Shown: positions 42,808 to 53,908, counted from the first letter of the stretch. The stretch is DNA of 64,000 bases from Gammaproteobacteria bacterium (GCA_015492075.1 WGFU01000031.1:2353-66352); one strand, 5' to 3'. Numbers and translations are program-made. Notes: generated by a model from the letters alone, not told the origin.

Positions 42808-43842
42808 ATGGAAAACTTTGGTAGCTGGTCAGTCTTAACAACAAATTTCCTGATCATTTTGTATTTGTCGCTGGGTGGTGTCACGCTTTCCGCGATATTG
42901 CATCTATGTAACGGCAAGTGGCGTTTTGAAGTGCGCGATATTGCATGCTCAATGGCCGTACTATTCCCATTTGCGTTTATCTTGATGCTTATTTTGCTGT
43001 TTAATGGCGACAACACATTTCATTGGTTGGCGGCTGCGCATGACGGCGATGCACATTTGCCAGGATGGCATGATTACACCTTTTTGGTGACGCGTCAGGT
43101 GATTGGTTTCTTTATTATTTTCGGTTTGTATCGTTTGTTTATTCGCTATCAGAAATTGAGCGAAGTTGACAAGTCATATAAAGCGCAGCGTCGCTTTCGG
43201 AATGTTGCGTTGTTGATCCCGTTTGCCTACGTTACCTACGGTTCCATGATTGCCTGGGATTACGAGATGACGATGTTGCCGAATTGGCATAGCGCGAGTT
43301 ACGCGTTTTACCACTTCCAGAGCAATTTCCATTTTTACCTGGCATCTTTTACGATCTTATTATACGTATTAGCGCGTAGTGGTCGTTTGAACACGCCATT
43401 AAATGAGCCTAAAATCTTTAATTTTATGGCACAGTTTCTGTTAGGTATGACCATTCTGTATACCTATTTGTATTTTACCCAATACTTGATCATGTGGTAT
43501 GGTCGCTTGCCAGCAGAAATTGGGCGTTATAATAATATGATGTTGTATGATTACGCAGGCATTTGGTGGACATTCCTGGTACTGAAATTTGTTATCCCAT
43601 TCTGTACCTTTGCTATCACGGCTAATCGTCATAATCCACACGTGATCGTATTGGTGGCATGTTCAATCTTCGTTGGCACATGGATTGAGCGTTATACCTG
43701 GATTTCAGGTTCGCTTACGGGTGAATATCACATTCCTATGACTGGCTTGTTCGATATTCTTGTCACCGCAGTAATCGCGATAATAGCCATACTTGCGATA
43801 CGATGGTCGCTAACGCGCAACGGGTTGCTTAGACCGTCCTGA
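42808..43842 (+). CDS. actF: ACIII subunit ActF (second NrfD-like membrane subunit)
   Basis: Polytopic membrane protein. The start is set at ATG 42808 (MENFGSW), which drops the 31 codons that overlap actE. Confidence 0.8.
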   Translation: MENFGSWSVLTTNFLIILYLSLGGVTLSAILHLCNGKWRFEVRDIACSMAVLFPFAFILMLILLFNGDNTFHWLAAAHDGDAHLPGWHDYTFLVTRQVIGFFIIFGLYRLFIRYQKLSEVDKSYKAQRRFRNVALLIPFAYVTYGSMIAWDYEMTMLPNWHSASYAFYHFQSNFHFYLASFTILLYVLARSGRLNTPLNEPKIFNFMAQFLLGMTILYTYLYFTQYLIMWYGRLPAEIGRYNNMMLYDYAGIWWTFLVLKFVIPFCTFAITANRHNPHVIVLVACSIFVGTWIERYTWISGSLTGEYHIPMTGLFDILVTAVIAIIAILAIRWSLTRNGLLRPS

Positions 43843-43868
43843 TCTTATTCAATAAGATGCAAGACAAA

Positions 43869-43906
43869 AGAGCGCCCCTTAGCAGTAAGGGGCGCTCTAT
43901 TTATTT
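43869..43906 (+). terminator. rho-independent terminator after actF
   Basis: AGAGCGCCCCTTA gcag TAAGGGGCGCTCT (13-bp perfect stem) followed by ATTTATTTCT. Confidence 0.75.
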
Positions 43907-44020
43907 CTGGGCCAGGAAACTGCGAGACCTAAGCGGATATGATGGGTTACATTTTGGTTCTTAGGTTTAGAGCGAATGGCTAAGTGGTCGTAGTTTGGCT
44001 AGTATTCTTTTAACTTAACG

Positions 44021-44707
44021 ATGGTAAACATTATGCAAGACGCAAAAATTGCCCCTTCAATTCTTTCAGCTGATTTTGCCCGGCTTGGTGAGGAAGTTGA
44101 TCAGGTGCTGGCGGCCGGTGCGGATATTGTTCATTTTGATGTCATGGACAATCATTATGTACCCAATCTGACCATAGGCCCTTTGGTATGTGATGCCTTG
44201 CGCAAGCATGGCGTCACAGCTGAAATTGATGTGCATCTGATGGTCAAGCCGGTTGATCGTATTATTGGTGATTTCGCCGATGCCGGCGCTAGCTATATCA
44301 CCTTCCATCCGGAAGCCAGCGAGCATATTGATCGCTCCTTACAGCTGGTACGTGATCGCGGTTGTAAATCTGGTCTAGTGTTTAATCCGGCGACTCCATT
44401 GCACTATCTCACCCATGTTATGGATAAAATCGATATGATTTTGTTGATGTCGGTTAACCCGGGTTTTGGTGGTCAATCGTTTATACCGTCTACGTTGGAT
44501 AAGCTACGAGAAGCGCGCAAGCTGATTGATGATAGCGGCTATGATATCCGCCTTGAGATCGACGGTGGCGTGAAGGTGGATAATATTCATGATATAGCTG
44601 CGGCGGGTGCAGATACCTTTGTTGCTGGCTCCGCTATTTTTGGTGCTGATGATTACCAAACAGTGATCGAAAAAATGCGAGCGGAAATCGCGCGTGCGCG
44701 CGGTTGA
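44021..44707 (+). CDS. rpe: ribulose-phosphate 3-epimerase
   Basis: [17 protein letters not shown]-terminus and the [10 protein letters not shown] motif. The start may instead be ATG 44033. Confidence 0.95.
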   Translation: MVNIMQDAKIAPSILSADFARLGEEVDQVLAAGADIVHFDVMDNHYVPNLTIGPLVCDALRKHGVTAEIDVHLMVKPVDRIIGDFADAGASYITFHPEASEHIDRSLQLVRDRGCKSGLVFNPATPLHYLTHVMDKIDMILLMSVNPGFGGQSFIPSTLDKLREARKLIDDSGYDIRLEIDGGVKVDNIHDIAAAGADTFVAGSAIFGADDYQTVIEKMRAEIARARG

Positions 44708-44723
44708 AAGCAAACCAGAATAA

Positions 44724-45407
44724 GTGATGTTTGAAAACTTGCCTAAGGCAGTATTGATCGATGTCGACGGTACTATGGTCGACAGCGTGCCAGATCTTGC
44801 TTATTGCGTAGATGAAATGATGAAGGCGTTAGGTTTGCCCGTGCACGGCGAAGCCAAGGTTCGTCATTGGGTTGGTAACGGCGTCGAGCGTCTCGTCCGT
44901 CGTGCGTTAGTCGGGCAGTTGGACGGAGAGCCGGATGATGCGCTTTTCGCACGGGCCTATCCTATATATCTCGAGCTTTATGCGGCCAATACCTGCCAAC
45001 GCAGCAGCTTGTATCCGGGTGTAAGAGCAGGTATCGATTATCTTAAAAGCGTTGGTGTCCGCATTGGTTGCGTTACCAATAAAGTAGAACAATTTACGAT
45101 ACCCTTACTCAAGACTTTAGGCATTTACGATGACTTTGAAATCGTGATTAGCGGCGACAGCTTGCCGAGGAAAAAGCCTGACCCCATGCCTTTGCTGCAC
45201 GGTGCCGATTTTTTCTCGGTGCCTGCGGTTGAGGTGATGATGATTGGTGATTCCATTAGTGATGTTAAGGCTGCGCGCGCTGCGGGTTTCAAGATCGTTT
45301 GTATGAGCTACGGCTATAATCACGGCGCCGATATCAGAGAGTCGCAGCCTGACGCGGTGATAGACAGCATGATTGAGTTGAGCCGCTTGTTTCCCGCAAG
45401 GGCCTAG
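44724..45407 (+). CDS. gph: phosphoglycolate phosphatase (HAD family)
   Basis: DVDGTMVDS HAD motif I and a GDSISD motif. Fits rpe-gph synteny. Confidence 0.9.
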   Translation: MMFENLPKAVLIDVDGTMVDSVPDLAYCVDEMMKALGLPVHGEAKVRHWVGNGVERLVRRALVGQLDGEPDDALFARAYPIYLELYAANTCQRSSLYPGVRAGIDYLKSVGVRIGCVTNKVEQFTIPLLKTLGIYDDFEIVISGDSLPRKKPDPMPLLHGADFFSVPAVEVMMIGDSISDVKAARAAGFKIVCMSYGYNHGADIRESQPDAVIDSMIELSRLFPARA

Positions 45408-45419
45408 CAATAAAGGGCC

Positions 45420-46928
45420 TTGGTGATGCATCACGAACAATTCAAGCAGCTGGTGAGCCAAGGTTATAACCGTATTCCGGTTATGCGAGAGGTGCGTGTT
45501 GATCTTGACACGCCGCTCAGTGTTTATCTTAAGTTGGCAGACCAGCCGTTTTCCTATTTGTTTGAATCGATGCAGGGCGGCGAAAAATGGGGTCGCTATT
45601 CAATTATCGGCCTGCCGTGCCGCAGTCACATTCGTGTCGATGATCATGATATTCAGCACATTGAGGAAGGCCGCGTCATCGAACACGCGACCGTTGCCGA
45701 CCCTCTGGCGTGGTTGCAGTCTTTCCAGGCCCGATACCGCGTTCCTGACTTGCCTTATTTGCCGCGTTTTAACGGCGGCCTGGTGGGCTTTTTTGGCTAT
45801 GATACGGTTCGTTATATCGAACCAAGACTGGCGGAAAATGAGAACCCCGACACGTTGTCGTCACCGGATATTCTGCTGATGGTTTCCGACGAGGTGGTTG
45901 TATTTGATAACCTCGCCGGCAAGGCCTACATGGTGGTATATATCGATATAGATCGTGATGATGGCTGGGCTTACGCACAATGGCGTTTGGACGATCTGTG
46001 TGAGCGCTTGCATCAGCCATTGACGTATAAGCCGAGCGAGGCCAGTGACAGGCAAGCGAGCGAAGAGGACTTTGTCTCTGGTTTTAGTCAGCAAGGCTTC
46101 GAGTCGGCGGTTGAAAAAGCCAAACAATATATTGTTGATGGCGATATTATGCAGGTTGTGCTGTCGCAGAGGCTGTCGATTGATTTCGATATTGAGCCTA
46201 TTCAGTTATATCGTGCCCTGCGTAGTCTTAATCCGTCGCCCTATATGTATTATTTGGATATGGATGATTTTCATATTGTTGGTTCGTCGCCGGAAATTCT
46301 GACTCGTTACCAAAATGGTGATGTCACAGTGCGTCCGATAGCAGGTACGCGGCGCCGTGGCCATACTGCGGTGGAAGACCAGCATTTAGAAGAGGAACTG
46401 TTGGCCGACCCGAAAGAGCGCGCTGAACATTTGATGTTGATTGATCTCGGCCGTAATGATGTGGGTCGCGTAGCCGTGACTGGTAGTGTTGAGTTGACTG
46501 AGAATATGTTGATTGAGCGCTATTCGCACGTTATGCATATCGTGTCTAATGTGGTGGGGGAATTAAGGCCCGGACTCAACGCCTATGATGTATTGCGAGC
46601 AACATTCCCGGCCGGCACTGTTAGTGGCGCGCCCAAGGTGCGAGCGATGGAGATCATTGATGAGCTGGAGCCGGTGAAGCGGGGCATCTATGCGGGCGCC
46701 GTAGGTTATATTGGCTGGAACGGTAATATGGATACCGCCATTGCCATACGCACCGCCGTAATCAAAGATAAAATACTCTACATACAAGCTGGTGCCGGCA
46801 TTGTAGCCGACAGTATTCCTGGTCGCGAGTGGCAGGAAACCATGAATAAAGGGCGTGCTATTTTTCGCGCGGTTGCCCTCGCCAAGGCAGGTCTCAATCG
46901 TAGTGAAGTGTCTGGCGAAGACGAGTAA
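45420..46928 (+). CDS. trpE: anthranilate synthase component I
   Basis: [16 protein letters not shown]-terminal region and a chorismate-binding C-terminal domain ([20 protein letters not shown]). Confidence 0.95.
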   Translation: MVMHHEQFKQLVSQGYNRIPVMREVRVDLDTPLSVYLKLADQPFSYLFESMQGGEKWGRYSIIGLPCRSHIRVDDHDIQHIEEGRVIEHATVADPLAWLQSFQARYRVPDLPYLPRFNGGLVGFFGYDTVRYIEPRLAENENPDTLSSPDILLMVSDEVVVFDNLAGKAYMVVYIDIDRDDGWAYAQWRLDDLCERLHQPLTYKPSEASDRQASEEDFVSGFSQQGFESAVEKAKQYIVDGDIMQVVLSQRLSIDFDIEPIQLYRALRSLNPSPYMYYLDMDDFHIVGSSPEILTRYQNGDVTVRPIAGTRRRGHTAVEDQHLEEELLADPKERAEHLMLIDLGRNDVGRVAVTGSVELTENMLIERYSHVMHIVSNVVGELRPGLNAYDVLRATFPAGTVSGAPKVRAMEIIDELEPVKRGIYAGAVGYIGWNGNMDTAIAIRTAVIKDKILYIQAGAGIVADSIPGREWQETMNKGRAIFRAVALAKAGLNRSEVSGEDE

Positions 46929-46953
46929 TTTATAGCGTACCAAGGTTAGAATC

Positions 46954-47535
46954 ATGCTGCTAATGATCGATAATTACGATTCCTTTACCTATAACCTGGT
47001 GCAATACCTGGGTGAGCTGGGTGAGGATGTCCACGTTCATCGCAATGACGCGGTTAATGTTGACGCGCTTAAGGCCATGGAGCCCGACCGTATAGTAGTT
47101 TCTCCGGGACCGTGTACACCCAATGAAGCGGGTGTTTCCTTGGCAGCGATAGAATGCTTCGCTGGCAAAGTGCCTATATTGGGTGTCTGTTTGGGTCATC
47201 AAAGTATAGGGCAGGCCTACGGCGCCAGGATTGTTCACGCCAAGAAAATTATGCATGGCAAAATCTCGATGATTCATCATAATAGTCAGGGCGTGTTCGC
47301 CGGTTTGCCGAGTCCGTTTGAAGCGACGCGTTACCATTCGTTGGTGATCGCGGCGGACAGCTTGCCTGATTGTCTCGAAGTAACGGCGTGGACCGAGAAC
47401 GAAAACGGCGAGCTGGATGAAATCATGGGAGTTCGCCATAAGACTGACAGAGTCGAAGGTGTGCAATTTCACCCCGAGTCGATATTGAGTCAGCATGGCC
47501 ATGATTTGTTGCGCAATTTCATCGCTCTTTCTTAA
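46954..47535 (+). CDS. trpG: anthranilate synthase component II (glutamine amidotransferase)
   Basis: [25 protein letters not shown] and VQFHPES motifs. Confidence 0.95.
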   Translation: MLLMIDNYDSFTYNLVQYLGELGEDVHVHRNDAVNVDALKAMEPDRIVVSPGPCTPNEAGVSLAAIECFAGKVPILGVCLGHQSIGQAYGARIVHAKKIMHGKISMIHHNSQGVFAGLPSPFEATRYHSLVIAADSLPDCLEVTAWTENENGELDEIMGVRHKTDRVEGVQFHPESILSQHGHDLLRNFIALS

Positions 47536-47568
47536 GCATAATAAAACCACTTACTAATAGAGCAAGCT

Positions 47569-48606
47569 ATGAATATTCAAACTGCAATTCGGCGAGTAAC
47601 CGAGCATAAAGATTTATCCGTTGATGCGATGATTTCGGTTATGCGCGGTATTATGCGTGGCGAGGCAACACCTGCTCAGGTCGGAGGTTTTCTGGTCGGT
47701 TTACGCATGAAAGGCGAAACCGTCGATGAAATCACCGCAGCTGCCAGTGTTATGCGAGAGTTGGCCACCAAAATCGATATTGATAAACCCTATGTGGTAG
47801 ATACCTGTGGCACCGGTGGTGATGGTGCCAGTACGTTTAATATCTCAACCGCCGTTGCATTTGTGGTTGCTGCAGCAGGCGCGTGCGTGGCCAAACACGG
47901 CAATCGTTCCGTTTCCAGCTCAAGTGGCAGCGCAGATTTGCTTGAAGCGGCAGGGGTAAATTTAGCCTTAACGCCGGAGCAGGTTAAAACCTGTATCGAT
48001 GAAGTCGGTGTTGGTTTTCTTTTTGCGCCGATGTATCACAGTGCCATGAAGCATGCTATTGGCCCGCGCAAGGAAATGGCGGTGCGCACCATCTTTAATT
48101 TGCTGGGGCCACTAACCAATCCCGCATCGGCACCCAATCAAGTGTTAGGCGTGTTTAGTAAAGACTGGTTAGAGCCGTTAGCGCAAGTGTTAAAAAATCT
48201 TGGCAGCCAACATGTCATGGTGGTTAACGCCGAGGATGGTCTCGATGAGATCAGCATTGGCGCTCCAACCAATGTCTGCGAATTGCGTGATGGTAATATC
48301 AGCAGTTATCAAATCAGACCTGAACAGTTTGGCATGAGCCCTATGGATATTGCCAGTTTGGCGGTAGATAATGCCGAGCAGAGTTTATCGACAATCAATG
48401 CGGTGTTTGATAATACTGCCGGACCAGCCTTGGATATTGTTTTGCTCAACGCTGGCGCGGCGATTTATGTTGCAGGTCTTAGCGAGGACTTGCAAGGCGG
48501 CATAGAGAAAGCCCGTGTTTGCATCGCGGACGGTAGCGCCAGAGCCAAGCTGGCTGAGTTAATAGCGGTGAGTCATGCGGCAGGGAAAAAAGATGGCGAC
48601 GAGTAA
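47569..48606 (+). CDS. trpD: anthranilate phosphoribosyltransferase
   Basis: DTCGTGGDG motif and KHGNRSVSS motif. Confidence 0.95.
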   Translation: MNIQTAIRRVTEHKDLSVDAMISVMRGIMRGEATPAQVGGFLVGLRMKGETVDEITAAASVMRELATKIDIDKPYVVDTCGTGGDGASTFNISTAVAFVVAAAGACVAKHGNRSVSSSSGSADLLEAAGVNLALTPEQVKTCIDEVGVGFLFAPMYHSAMKHAIGPRKEMAVRTIFNLLGPLTNPASAPNQVLGVFSKDWLEPLAQVLKNLGSQHVMVVNAEDGLDEISIGAPTNVCELRDGNISSYQIRPEQFGMSPMDIASLAVDNAEQSLSTINAVFDNTAGPALDIVLLNAGAAIYVAGLSEDLQGGIEKARVCIADGSARAKLAELIAVSHAAGKKDGDE

Positions 48607-49411
48607 TGTAAAGCTCCCTGATATCCTGACGCGTATTCTTGAGCGTAAGGTCGAGGAAATCGCAGCTCGCTGCGAGCAATGTTCGCTTGCCAGGCTGGCC
48701 TCACAAATCGAGCATCTTGCGCCAACGCGAGGTTTTTATGAATCCATACGTTCACGGGTTGCGGCAGGCGAAGCAGCGGTCATTGCCGAAATCAAGAAGG
48801 CCTCGCCAAGCAAAGGGATATTACGCGAAAATTTTGATCCTGTTGCTATTGCCAAAAGTTATGAACGCAATGGCGCGGCCTGTTTATCGGTGCTGACGGA
48901 CGCCGATTTTTTTCAGGGTTCGCTGGATGATTTGTCAGCGGTACGCAAGGCATGTGGCCTGCCCTTGTTGCGCAAGGATTTTGTGATTGACCCTTATCAG
49001 GTCTACGAAGCGCGAGTTGCCGGTGCTGATGCAATATTATTAATTGTGGCTGCGCTCGGTGATCCGTTGATGCATGAGCTGGCATCAACGGCGAGTAATT
49101 TGGGCTTGGATGTCCTGGTAGAGGTGCATGATGCTGAAGAACTGGATAGAGCATTAAGGCTGGATACGCCCTTGATCGGCATTAATAACCGGAATTTGCG
49201 TAGCTTTGAGACAAGTTTGGAGACTACGCTTGATTTGCTTGAAAAAATTCCTGCGGATCGTATAGTCATTACGGAGAGTGGTATTCGCAGTGCGGCCGAT
49301 GTTAAGCGCATGCGTGATAGCTATGTTCATGCGTTCTTGGTCGGTGAAGCATTCATGCGGGCCGAGGACCCTGGGCAACAATTAGAGGCTTTGTTTCAGC
49401 CTGGCCGCTGA
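48593..49411 (+). CDS. trpC: indole-3-glycerol phosphate synthase
   Basis: [12 protein letters not shown]-terminus, [12 protein letters not shown], and LSVLTD motif. ATG 48593 overlaps the trpD end by 14 nt. Confidence 0.95.
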   Translation: MATSNVKLPDILTRILERKVEEIAARCEQCSLARLASQIEHLAPTRGFYESIRSRVAAGEAAVIAEIKKASPSKGILRENFDPVAIAKSYERNGAACLSVLTDADFFQGSLDDLSAVRKACGLPLLRKDFVIDPYQVYEARVAGADAILLIVAALGDPLMHELASTASNLGLDVLVEVHDAEELDRALRLDTPLIGINNRNLRSFETSLETTLDLLEKIPADRIVITESGIRSAADVKRMRDSYVHAFLVGEAFMRAEDPGQQLEALFQPGR

Positions 49412-49416
49412 CAACG

Positions 49417-50055
49417 CTAGCGTGTACCAAAGACCACCATGGTTTTGCCGCGCGCGGTAATCAAGCCTTGGGCTTCCATACTTTTTAGTACGCGTCCGAC
49501 CATTTCACGTGAACAGCCGACAATACGCCCCAATTCTTGTCGCGTGATTTTGATTTGCATGCCATCAGGGTGGGTCATAGCGTCAGGTTGTTTAGTCAGT
49601 TCAAGTAAGGCGCCAGCAACACGGCCGGCAACATCCATAAAGGCAAGACGACCGACATTGTTACTCGTGCGGCGTAGACGAACGGCCATTTGTGATGCCA
49701 GGAGAAATAAAATTTCAGGATCATCTTTAGCCAAGCGGCGAAATTTTTCGTAACTGATTTCAGCGATTTCACAAGTGCCGCGGGCGCGGATCCAGGCGCT
49801 GCGTTTGGCGTCATCATCAAATAATCCCATCTCACCAAAGAAGTCGCCGGCATTAAGGTAAGCGAGTACAATTTCGCGGCCGTCATCGTCTTCAATCAGT
49901 ACGGTAACGGATGCTTTGACGATATAATAGAGCACATCAGGTTTGTCACCTGCATGAATGATGATGTTTTTATTGCTGTAGTGCCGACGGTGGCAGTGAC
50001 TGAGAAAGCGATCAATCGTCGGATTGGTGACTTGTTGTTGGACGAGTTGCCCCAT
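49417..50055 (-). CDS. crp: cAMP receptor protein (CRP/Vfr)
   Basis: Near-colinear with E. coli CRP as I recall it, including the DNA-recognition helix region [22 protein letters not shown] and the C-terminus [10 protein letters not shown]. Confidence 0.95.
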   Translation of the reverse strand: MGQLVQQQVTNPTIDRFLSHCHRRHYSNKNIIIHAGDKPDVLYYIVKASVTVLIEDDDGREIVLAYLNAGDFFGEMGLFDDDAKRSAWIRARGTCEIAEISYEKFRRLAKDDPEILFLLASQMAVRLRRTSNNVGRLAFMDVAGRVAGALLELTKQPDAMTHPDGMQIKITRQELGRIVGCSREMVGRVLKSMEAQGLITARGKTMVVFGTR

Positions 50056-50168
50056 TTTTGGCTTACTCCAGCGTAGCTTTGGTTTCGTGCTTCATCATTG
50101 AAAGTTGTCATCACTGTATCGGCGCAAATAGCAGCCGCTTTATTTTTAATGATTGTGGAGATAAAAGC

Positions 50169-50594
50169 ATGAATTGCCGCATAAAATGGGTTGAAAATGC
50201 GATGTTTATCGGCGAATCCGGCAGCGGTCATGCCTTGGTGATCGATGGTCCAACCGACGGTGGTGGCCGTAATCTTGGTATGAGGCCCATGGAGCTGCTG
50301 CTCATGGGCATGGGTGGCTGTAGCGCCTATGACGTGGTGCATATTTTAAAGAAATCACGTCAGCCAGTGCTTGACTGTGTGGCTGAGCTGCACGCTGAAC
50401 GGGCAGATGGGGTGCCTAAGGTATTTACCAAGATCCATGTTCATTTCATTGTGACCGGGAGTGGCCTTAGCGAGCCATCGGTCAAGCGCGCGATCGCGTT
50501 GTCGGCCGATAAATATTGCTCAGCGTCGATCATGTTGGCGCAGGTGGCTGAAGTCAGTCACGATTACGAGATTATTGAAGTTGCTGCGTCATAG
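50169..50594 (+). CDS. OsmC-family protein (YhfA-like)
   Basis: 141-aa OsmC/Ohr-fold-like sequence (MELLLMGMGGCSAYDV). Divergent from crp as in E. coli (crp/yhfA). The start is set at ATG 50169. Confidence 0.8.
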   Translation: MNCRIKWVENAMFIGESGSGHALVIDGPTDGGGRNLGMRPMELLLMGMGGCSAYDVVHILKKSRQPVLDCVAELHAERADGVPKVFTKIHVHFIVTGSGLSEPSVKRAIALSADKYCSASIMLAQVAEVSHDYEIIEVAAS

Positions 50595-50628
50595 TAGCGA
50601 ATATTAAAAGTATACAGAGGAGAGAATA

Positions 50629-51045
50629 ATGGAACGCCCTGAGTCTAGCGGTCGGCTGCATCATGTCGCCTTGTCAGTCATGAATATGGAGAAGTGTGAG
50701 CGCTTCTATGTCGATATTTTGGGTATGAAAGTTGAGTGGCGTCCTGATGATGACAATGTTTATCTGACATCAGGCCACGATAGTTTGGCTTTGCATCGCT
50801 CACGGCGCGAGCCGAATCCGAGCCGTATCCAAAAATTAGATCACATTGGTTTTGTTGTTGACTCAGCTGAGTTGGTTAAGGAATGGTTCGAGTATTTAGT
50901 GAAGAACGACGTGCCTATTGTTGCGCGGCCAAAGGAGCATCGTGATGGCGCATACAGCTGTTATTGTCTGGATCCTGATTCAAACAAGGTGCAAATTATC
51001 TATCATCCGCCGTTGGCGCAAAATCAAGCTGAAGTTGGCGAGTAG
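50629..51045 (+). CDS. VOC-family (glyoxalase/bleomycin-resistance/dioxygenase fold) protein
   Basis: 138 aa with LHHVALSV...FYVDILGM and HIGF motifs of the vicinal oxygen chelate fold. Substrate unknown. Confidence 0.7.
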   Translation: MERPESSGRLHHVALSVMNMEKCERFYVDILGMKVEWRPDDDNVYLTSGHDSLALHRSRREPNPSRIQKLDHIGFVVDSAELVKEWFEYLVKNDVPIVARPKEHRDGAYSCYCLDPDSNKVQIIYHPPLAQNQAEVGE

Positions 51046-51124
51046 ATAGTACGTGACAAGTAGCGATTAATCTCTTATAAAGAGCGGCCTTTTTATTTGT
51101 CGTTGGTTTCGGAGGACACAATCA

Positions 51125-51916
51125 GTGGGCAAAATTCAGCTCCACGGGTTTAACAACCTGACTAAATGCCTCAGTCTTAACATCTACGATGTTTGCTATG
51201 CGACGACGCGGGAGCAGCGTTCCGAATATATACGCTATATTGATGAGGAATATCGCGCTGAGCGCTTGACTGCTATTCTTACCGAAGTGACGCATATGAT
51301 TGGGGCGACAATATTGAATATCGCCTATCAGGATTATGAACCTCAGGGTGCCAGTGCAACGGTTTTAATTGCAGAAGATGAGGTTTTGCCGGCCATTCAG
51401 TCCGACCTGATTGTTGGTCATCTTGATAAAAGCCACATTACCATTCATACCTATCCTGAGACGCATCCGCAGCACGATGTCAGCACGTTTCGGGTTGATA
51501 TCGAGGTTTCTACCTGTGGCTATGTGTCACCGTTGAAGGCGCTGGATTATTTGGTGCAGAGTTTTGAATCGGATATTGTGATTCTGGATTATCGCATTCG
51601 TGGCTTCACCCGCGATGTCGATGGTAACAAGCACTATAACGACAGCCCCCTTAACTCCATACTCGATTATATGGCGCCGGAACTGGCCGAGCAATACGAC
51701 AAAATAGATATGAATATCTATGAAGAAAAGATTTTTCACACGAAAATGATGATCAAAGAACTGGAGCTTGACGGCTATTTATTTGGCATAGTGGAAGATG
51801 ATTTGCCGCTTTTGCAAAAAGAAGAGATACGTCAGCAACTGCGCTCTGAGATGCGCGAAATTTTCTATGGCAAGAATCTGTCTGATCCGCAGTTGCGGCT
51901 GGCACGGAATAACTAG
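51125..51916 (+). CDS. speD: S-adenosylmethionine decarboxylase proenzyme (E. coli-type class)
   Basis: GTG start. LHGFNNLTK and the HLDKSHITIHTYPE processing-site region are colinear with E. coli SpeD. Confidence 0.9.
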   Translation: MGKIQLHGFNNLTKCLSLNIYDVCYATTREQRSEYIRYIDEEYRAERLTAILTEVTHMIGATILNIAYQDYEPQGASATVLIAEDEVLPAIQSDLIVGHLDKSHITIHTYPETHPQHDVSTFRVDIEVSTCGYVSPLKALDYLVQSFESDIVILDYRIRGFTRDVDGNKHYNDSPLNSILDYMAPELAEQYDKIDMNIYEEKIFHTKMMIKELELDGYLFGIVEDDLPLLQKEEIRQQLRSEMREIFYGKNLSDPQLRLARNN

Positions 51917-52560
51917 ATATAGCGTGCGCTGACAGTCATCAGTTTGGCCGAAAGGCGCATTAACTTTTTGACCGGTGTAGGCAGGTCGGCAGCGCCTGCT
52001 GCATGGGCAGCGGCGGCATGCTCACCTTCATCCTGTTTCATTTGCAGTAAAATGGCGCGGCTTTTCCGGTCTTGCGCCGGCAGCTCATCAAGATGTCCTT
52101 GCAAGTGTTGCATGACCTGTTGTTCGGTTTCTTCGACAAAGCCATAGCTCCAGCGGTCACCCGTTTGGCCGGCGACGGCGCCAATGATGATCGAGCCGAT
52201 ATGCCAAAGTGGATTTAGGTGACTGGTGCGGCTGTCAAGTTCGTGCAGACGCTGTTGGCACCAGTTCAGATGATCGCCCTCTTCGGCAGCGGCAGTACGC
52301 ATTTGTTGTCGGGTAGCGCTAGTCTTGGCGCTTAGTGATTGGCCAAGATACAGGCCTTGCGCGGCGACCTCGCCAGCATGATTGACTCGCATTAAGGCGG
52401 CCGATAATTTTTTTTCGGCGTCACTCAGCGGATCTTCACTGATGTCAGCAGCAGGGTTGGGACGCTGCGTGGTGGGCGCAGTCTTGACACAAAGGCCCAA
52501 TAAACTATCGATTTCGCAAAGAAAGCGATCTAGGCGTGAATAATGGCGTTGAGAGGGCAT
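51913..52560 (-). CDS. coq7: demethoxyubiquinol hydroxylase Coq7 (di-iron)
   Basis: 215 aa with repeated EGDH/EGEH (ExxH) di-iron ligand motifs (AAEEGDH, QDEGEH) and MRVNHAGE. Confidence 0.85.
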   Translation of the reverse strand: MPSQRHYSRLDRFLCEIDSLLGLCVKTAPTTQRPNPAADISEDPLSDAEKKLSAALMRVNHAGEVAAQGLYLGQSLSAKTSATRQQMRTAAAEEGDHLNWCQQRLHELDSRTSHLNPLWHIGSIIIGAVAGQTGDRWSYGFVEETEQQVMQHLQGHLDELPAQDRKSRAILLQMKQDEGEHAAAAHAAGAADLPTPVKKLMRLSAKLMTVSARYI

Positions 52561-52648
52561 GGGTTATTGACCGTCCGGGCTGTTTGTAGAGTATACTTGC
52601 TAGCTTATTTTCGGGCTAGGCACATTTATATTTAAAGAGTCATCATGT

Positions 52649-52957
52649 ATGAGTTTTTACAAATACCATGTCTTTTTTTGCACCAATCAGCGTGATGATG
52701 GCAGTGCCTGCTGCCAGCAGCATAATGCCCACGAGGCACGTGACTACGCCAAAAAACGCATAAAAGAGCTGGGTTTGTCAGGGCATGGTGAAGTGAGAAT
52801 CAACAAGGCAGGCTGCCTTGATCGCTGCGATCTTGGCCCGGTTTTAGTGGTTTATCCCGATGAGACCTGGTATACCTTCGTTGATAATGAAGATATTGAT
52901 GAGATTATCAATGAACATTTACTCAATGGCCGCATTGTGCCGCGTTTGCAGATCTAG
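52649..52957 (+). CDS. thioredoxin-like [2Fe-2S] ferredoxin-domain protein
   Basis: 102 aa with Cys pattern FFC...CC...GC..RC and VLVVYPDETWY, typical of the 2Fe-2S thioredoxin-like ferredoxin family. Confidence 0.7.
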   Translation: MSFYKYHVFFCTNQRDDGSACCQQHNAHEARDYAKKRIKELGLSGHGEVRINKAGCLDRCDLGPVLVVYPDETWYTFVDNEDIDEIINEHLLNGRIVPRLQI

Positions 52958-52976
52958 CCGTAGTACGGAGTTCTTC

Positions 52977-53005
52977 TTGTAATCGTTCTGTATCTGCGCT
53001 ACCAT
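52977..53005 (+). promoter_or_regulatory. candidate sigma70 promoter upstream of rplM
   Basis: TTGTAA-N17-TACCAT lies about 40 nt upstream of the rplM ATG. This is a motif match only. Confidence 0.25.
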
Positions 53006-53042
53006 TTGCCACCTTTTTTGAAGTACCCCCGGATAACAGTTA

Positions 53043-53471
53043 ATGAAAACGTTTAGTGCAAAGCCAGAGACCGTAACGCGTGATTGGTTCGTCGTCGATG
53101 CTAATGGCAAGACTTTAGGTCGTATGGCGACCGAGATTGCTCGCCGTCTGCGTGGCAAGCATAAGGCCGAATTTACCCCCCATGTTGACACCGGCGACTA
53201 TATTGTTGTGGTCAATGCTGAGAAAGTAACCGTGACGGGTGATAAGGCTAAGAATAAGCTTTACCATCACCATACCGGTTATATTGGTAATCTCAAGACC
53301 ATTAACTTTTCCGATCTACAGGAAAAAGCGCCAGAGCAGATTATCATCAAGGCGGTTAAAGGTATGTTGCCGCGTAACCCCCTGGGTCGTGCCATGCTGA
53401 AAAAGCTCAAGGTCTATGCTGGTCCGCAGCATCAGCATAGCGCACAGCAACCATTACCCCTCGAAATTTAA
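53043..53471 (+). CDS. rplM: 50S ribosomal protein L13
   Basis: [21 protein letters not shown]-terminus. 142 aa. Confidence 0.97.
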   Translation: MKTFSAKPETVTRDWFVVDANGKTLGRMATEIARRLRGKHKAEFTPHVDTGDYIVVVNAEKVTVTGDKAKNKLYHHHTGYIGNLKTINFSDLQEKAPEQIIIKAVKGMLPRNPLGRAMLKKLKVYAGPQHQHSAQQPLPLEI

Positions 53472-53486
53472 GCAGAGAACCTGAAC

Positions 53487-53879
53487 ATGGCAGAACAAAC
53501 CCAGTTTTATACCGGACGCCGCAAGACTTCAAGTGCGCGTGTATCGATCAAGCCTGGCAAGGGTGAGATTACTGTTAACAAACGTCCCTTAGACCTCTAT
53601 TTTGGTCGTCAGACGGCGCGTATGATCGTGCGTCAGCCACTGGAAACCGTTAATGTTGCCGATAGCATCGATGTCAATGTCAGTGTTAAAGGTGGTGGTG
53701 GTAGCGGTCAGGCCGGTGCCATTCGTCATGGTATCGCACGTGCGTTGGCTGAATACGATGAAACCTTTCATTCCCCGCTGCGTAAAGCGGGCTTTATTAC
53801 CCGTGATGCCCGTGCGGTAGAACGTAAGAAAGTCGGTTTACGCAAGGCGCGGAAGAAACCACAGTTCTCAAAACGTTAA
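53487..53879 (+). CDS. rpsI: 30S ribosomal protein S9
   Basis: [10 protein letters not shown] motif and a C-terminal KKPQFSKR. 130 aa. Confidence 0.97.
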   Translation: MAEQTQFYTGRRKTSSARVSIKPGKGEITVNKRPLDLYFGRQTARMIVRQPLETVNVADSIDVNVSVKGGGGSGQAGAIRHGIARALAEYDETFHSPLRKAGFITRDARAVERKKVGLRKARKKPQFSKR

Positions 53880-53908
53880 TTCATTTAGTAGTATCAGTGA
53901 ATTATCCG

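Noticed and set aside
46960-47550. 196-aa antisense ORF mirroring almost exactly the trpG coordinates. Similar long shadow ORFs lie opposite the nit gene (21533..22198), the nif3-like gene (35198..35689), rng (16157..16633) and ccmC-ccmE (58606..59085)
   Set aside because: The sense-strand genes are unambiguous conserved enzymes. The antisense translations are low-complexity, Arg/His/Gln-rich and show no motifs. This is typical stop-depleted shadow frames opposite strongly codon-biased genes.
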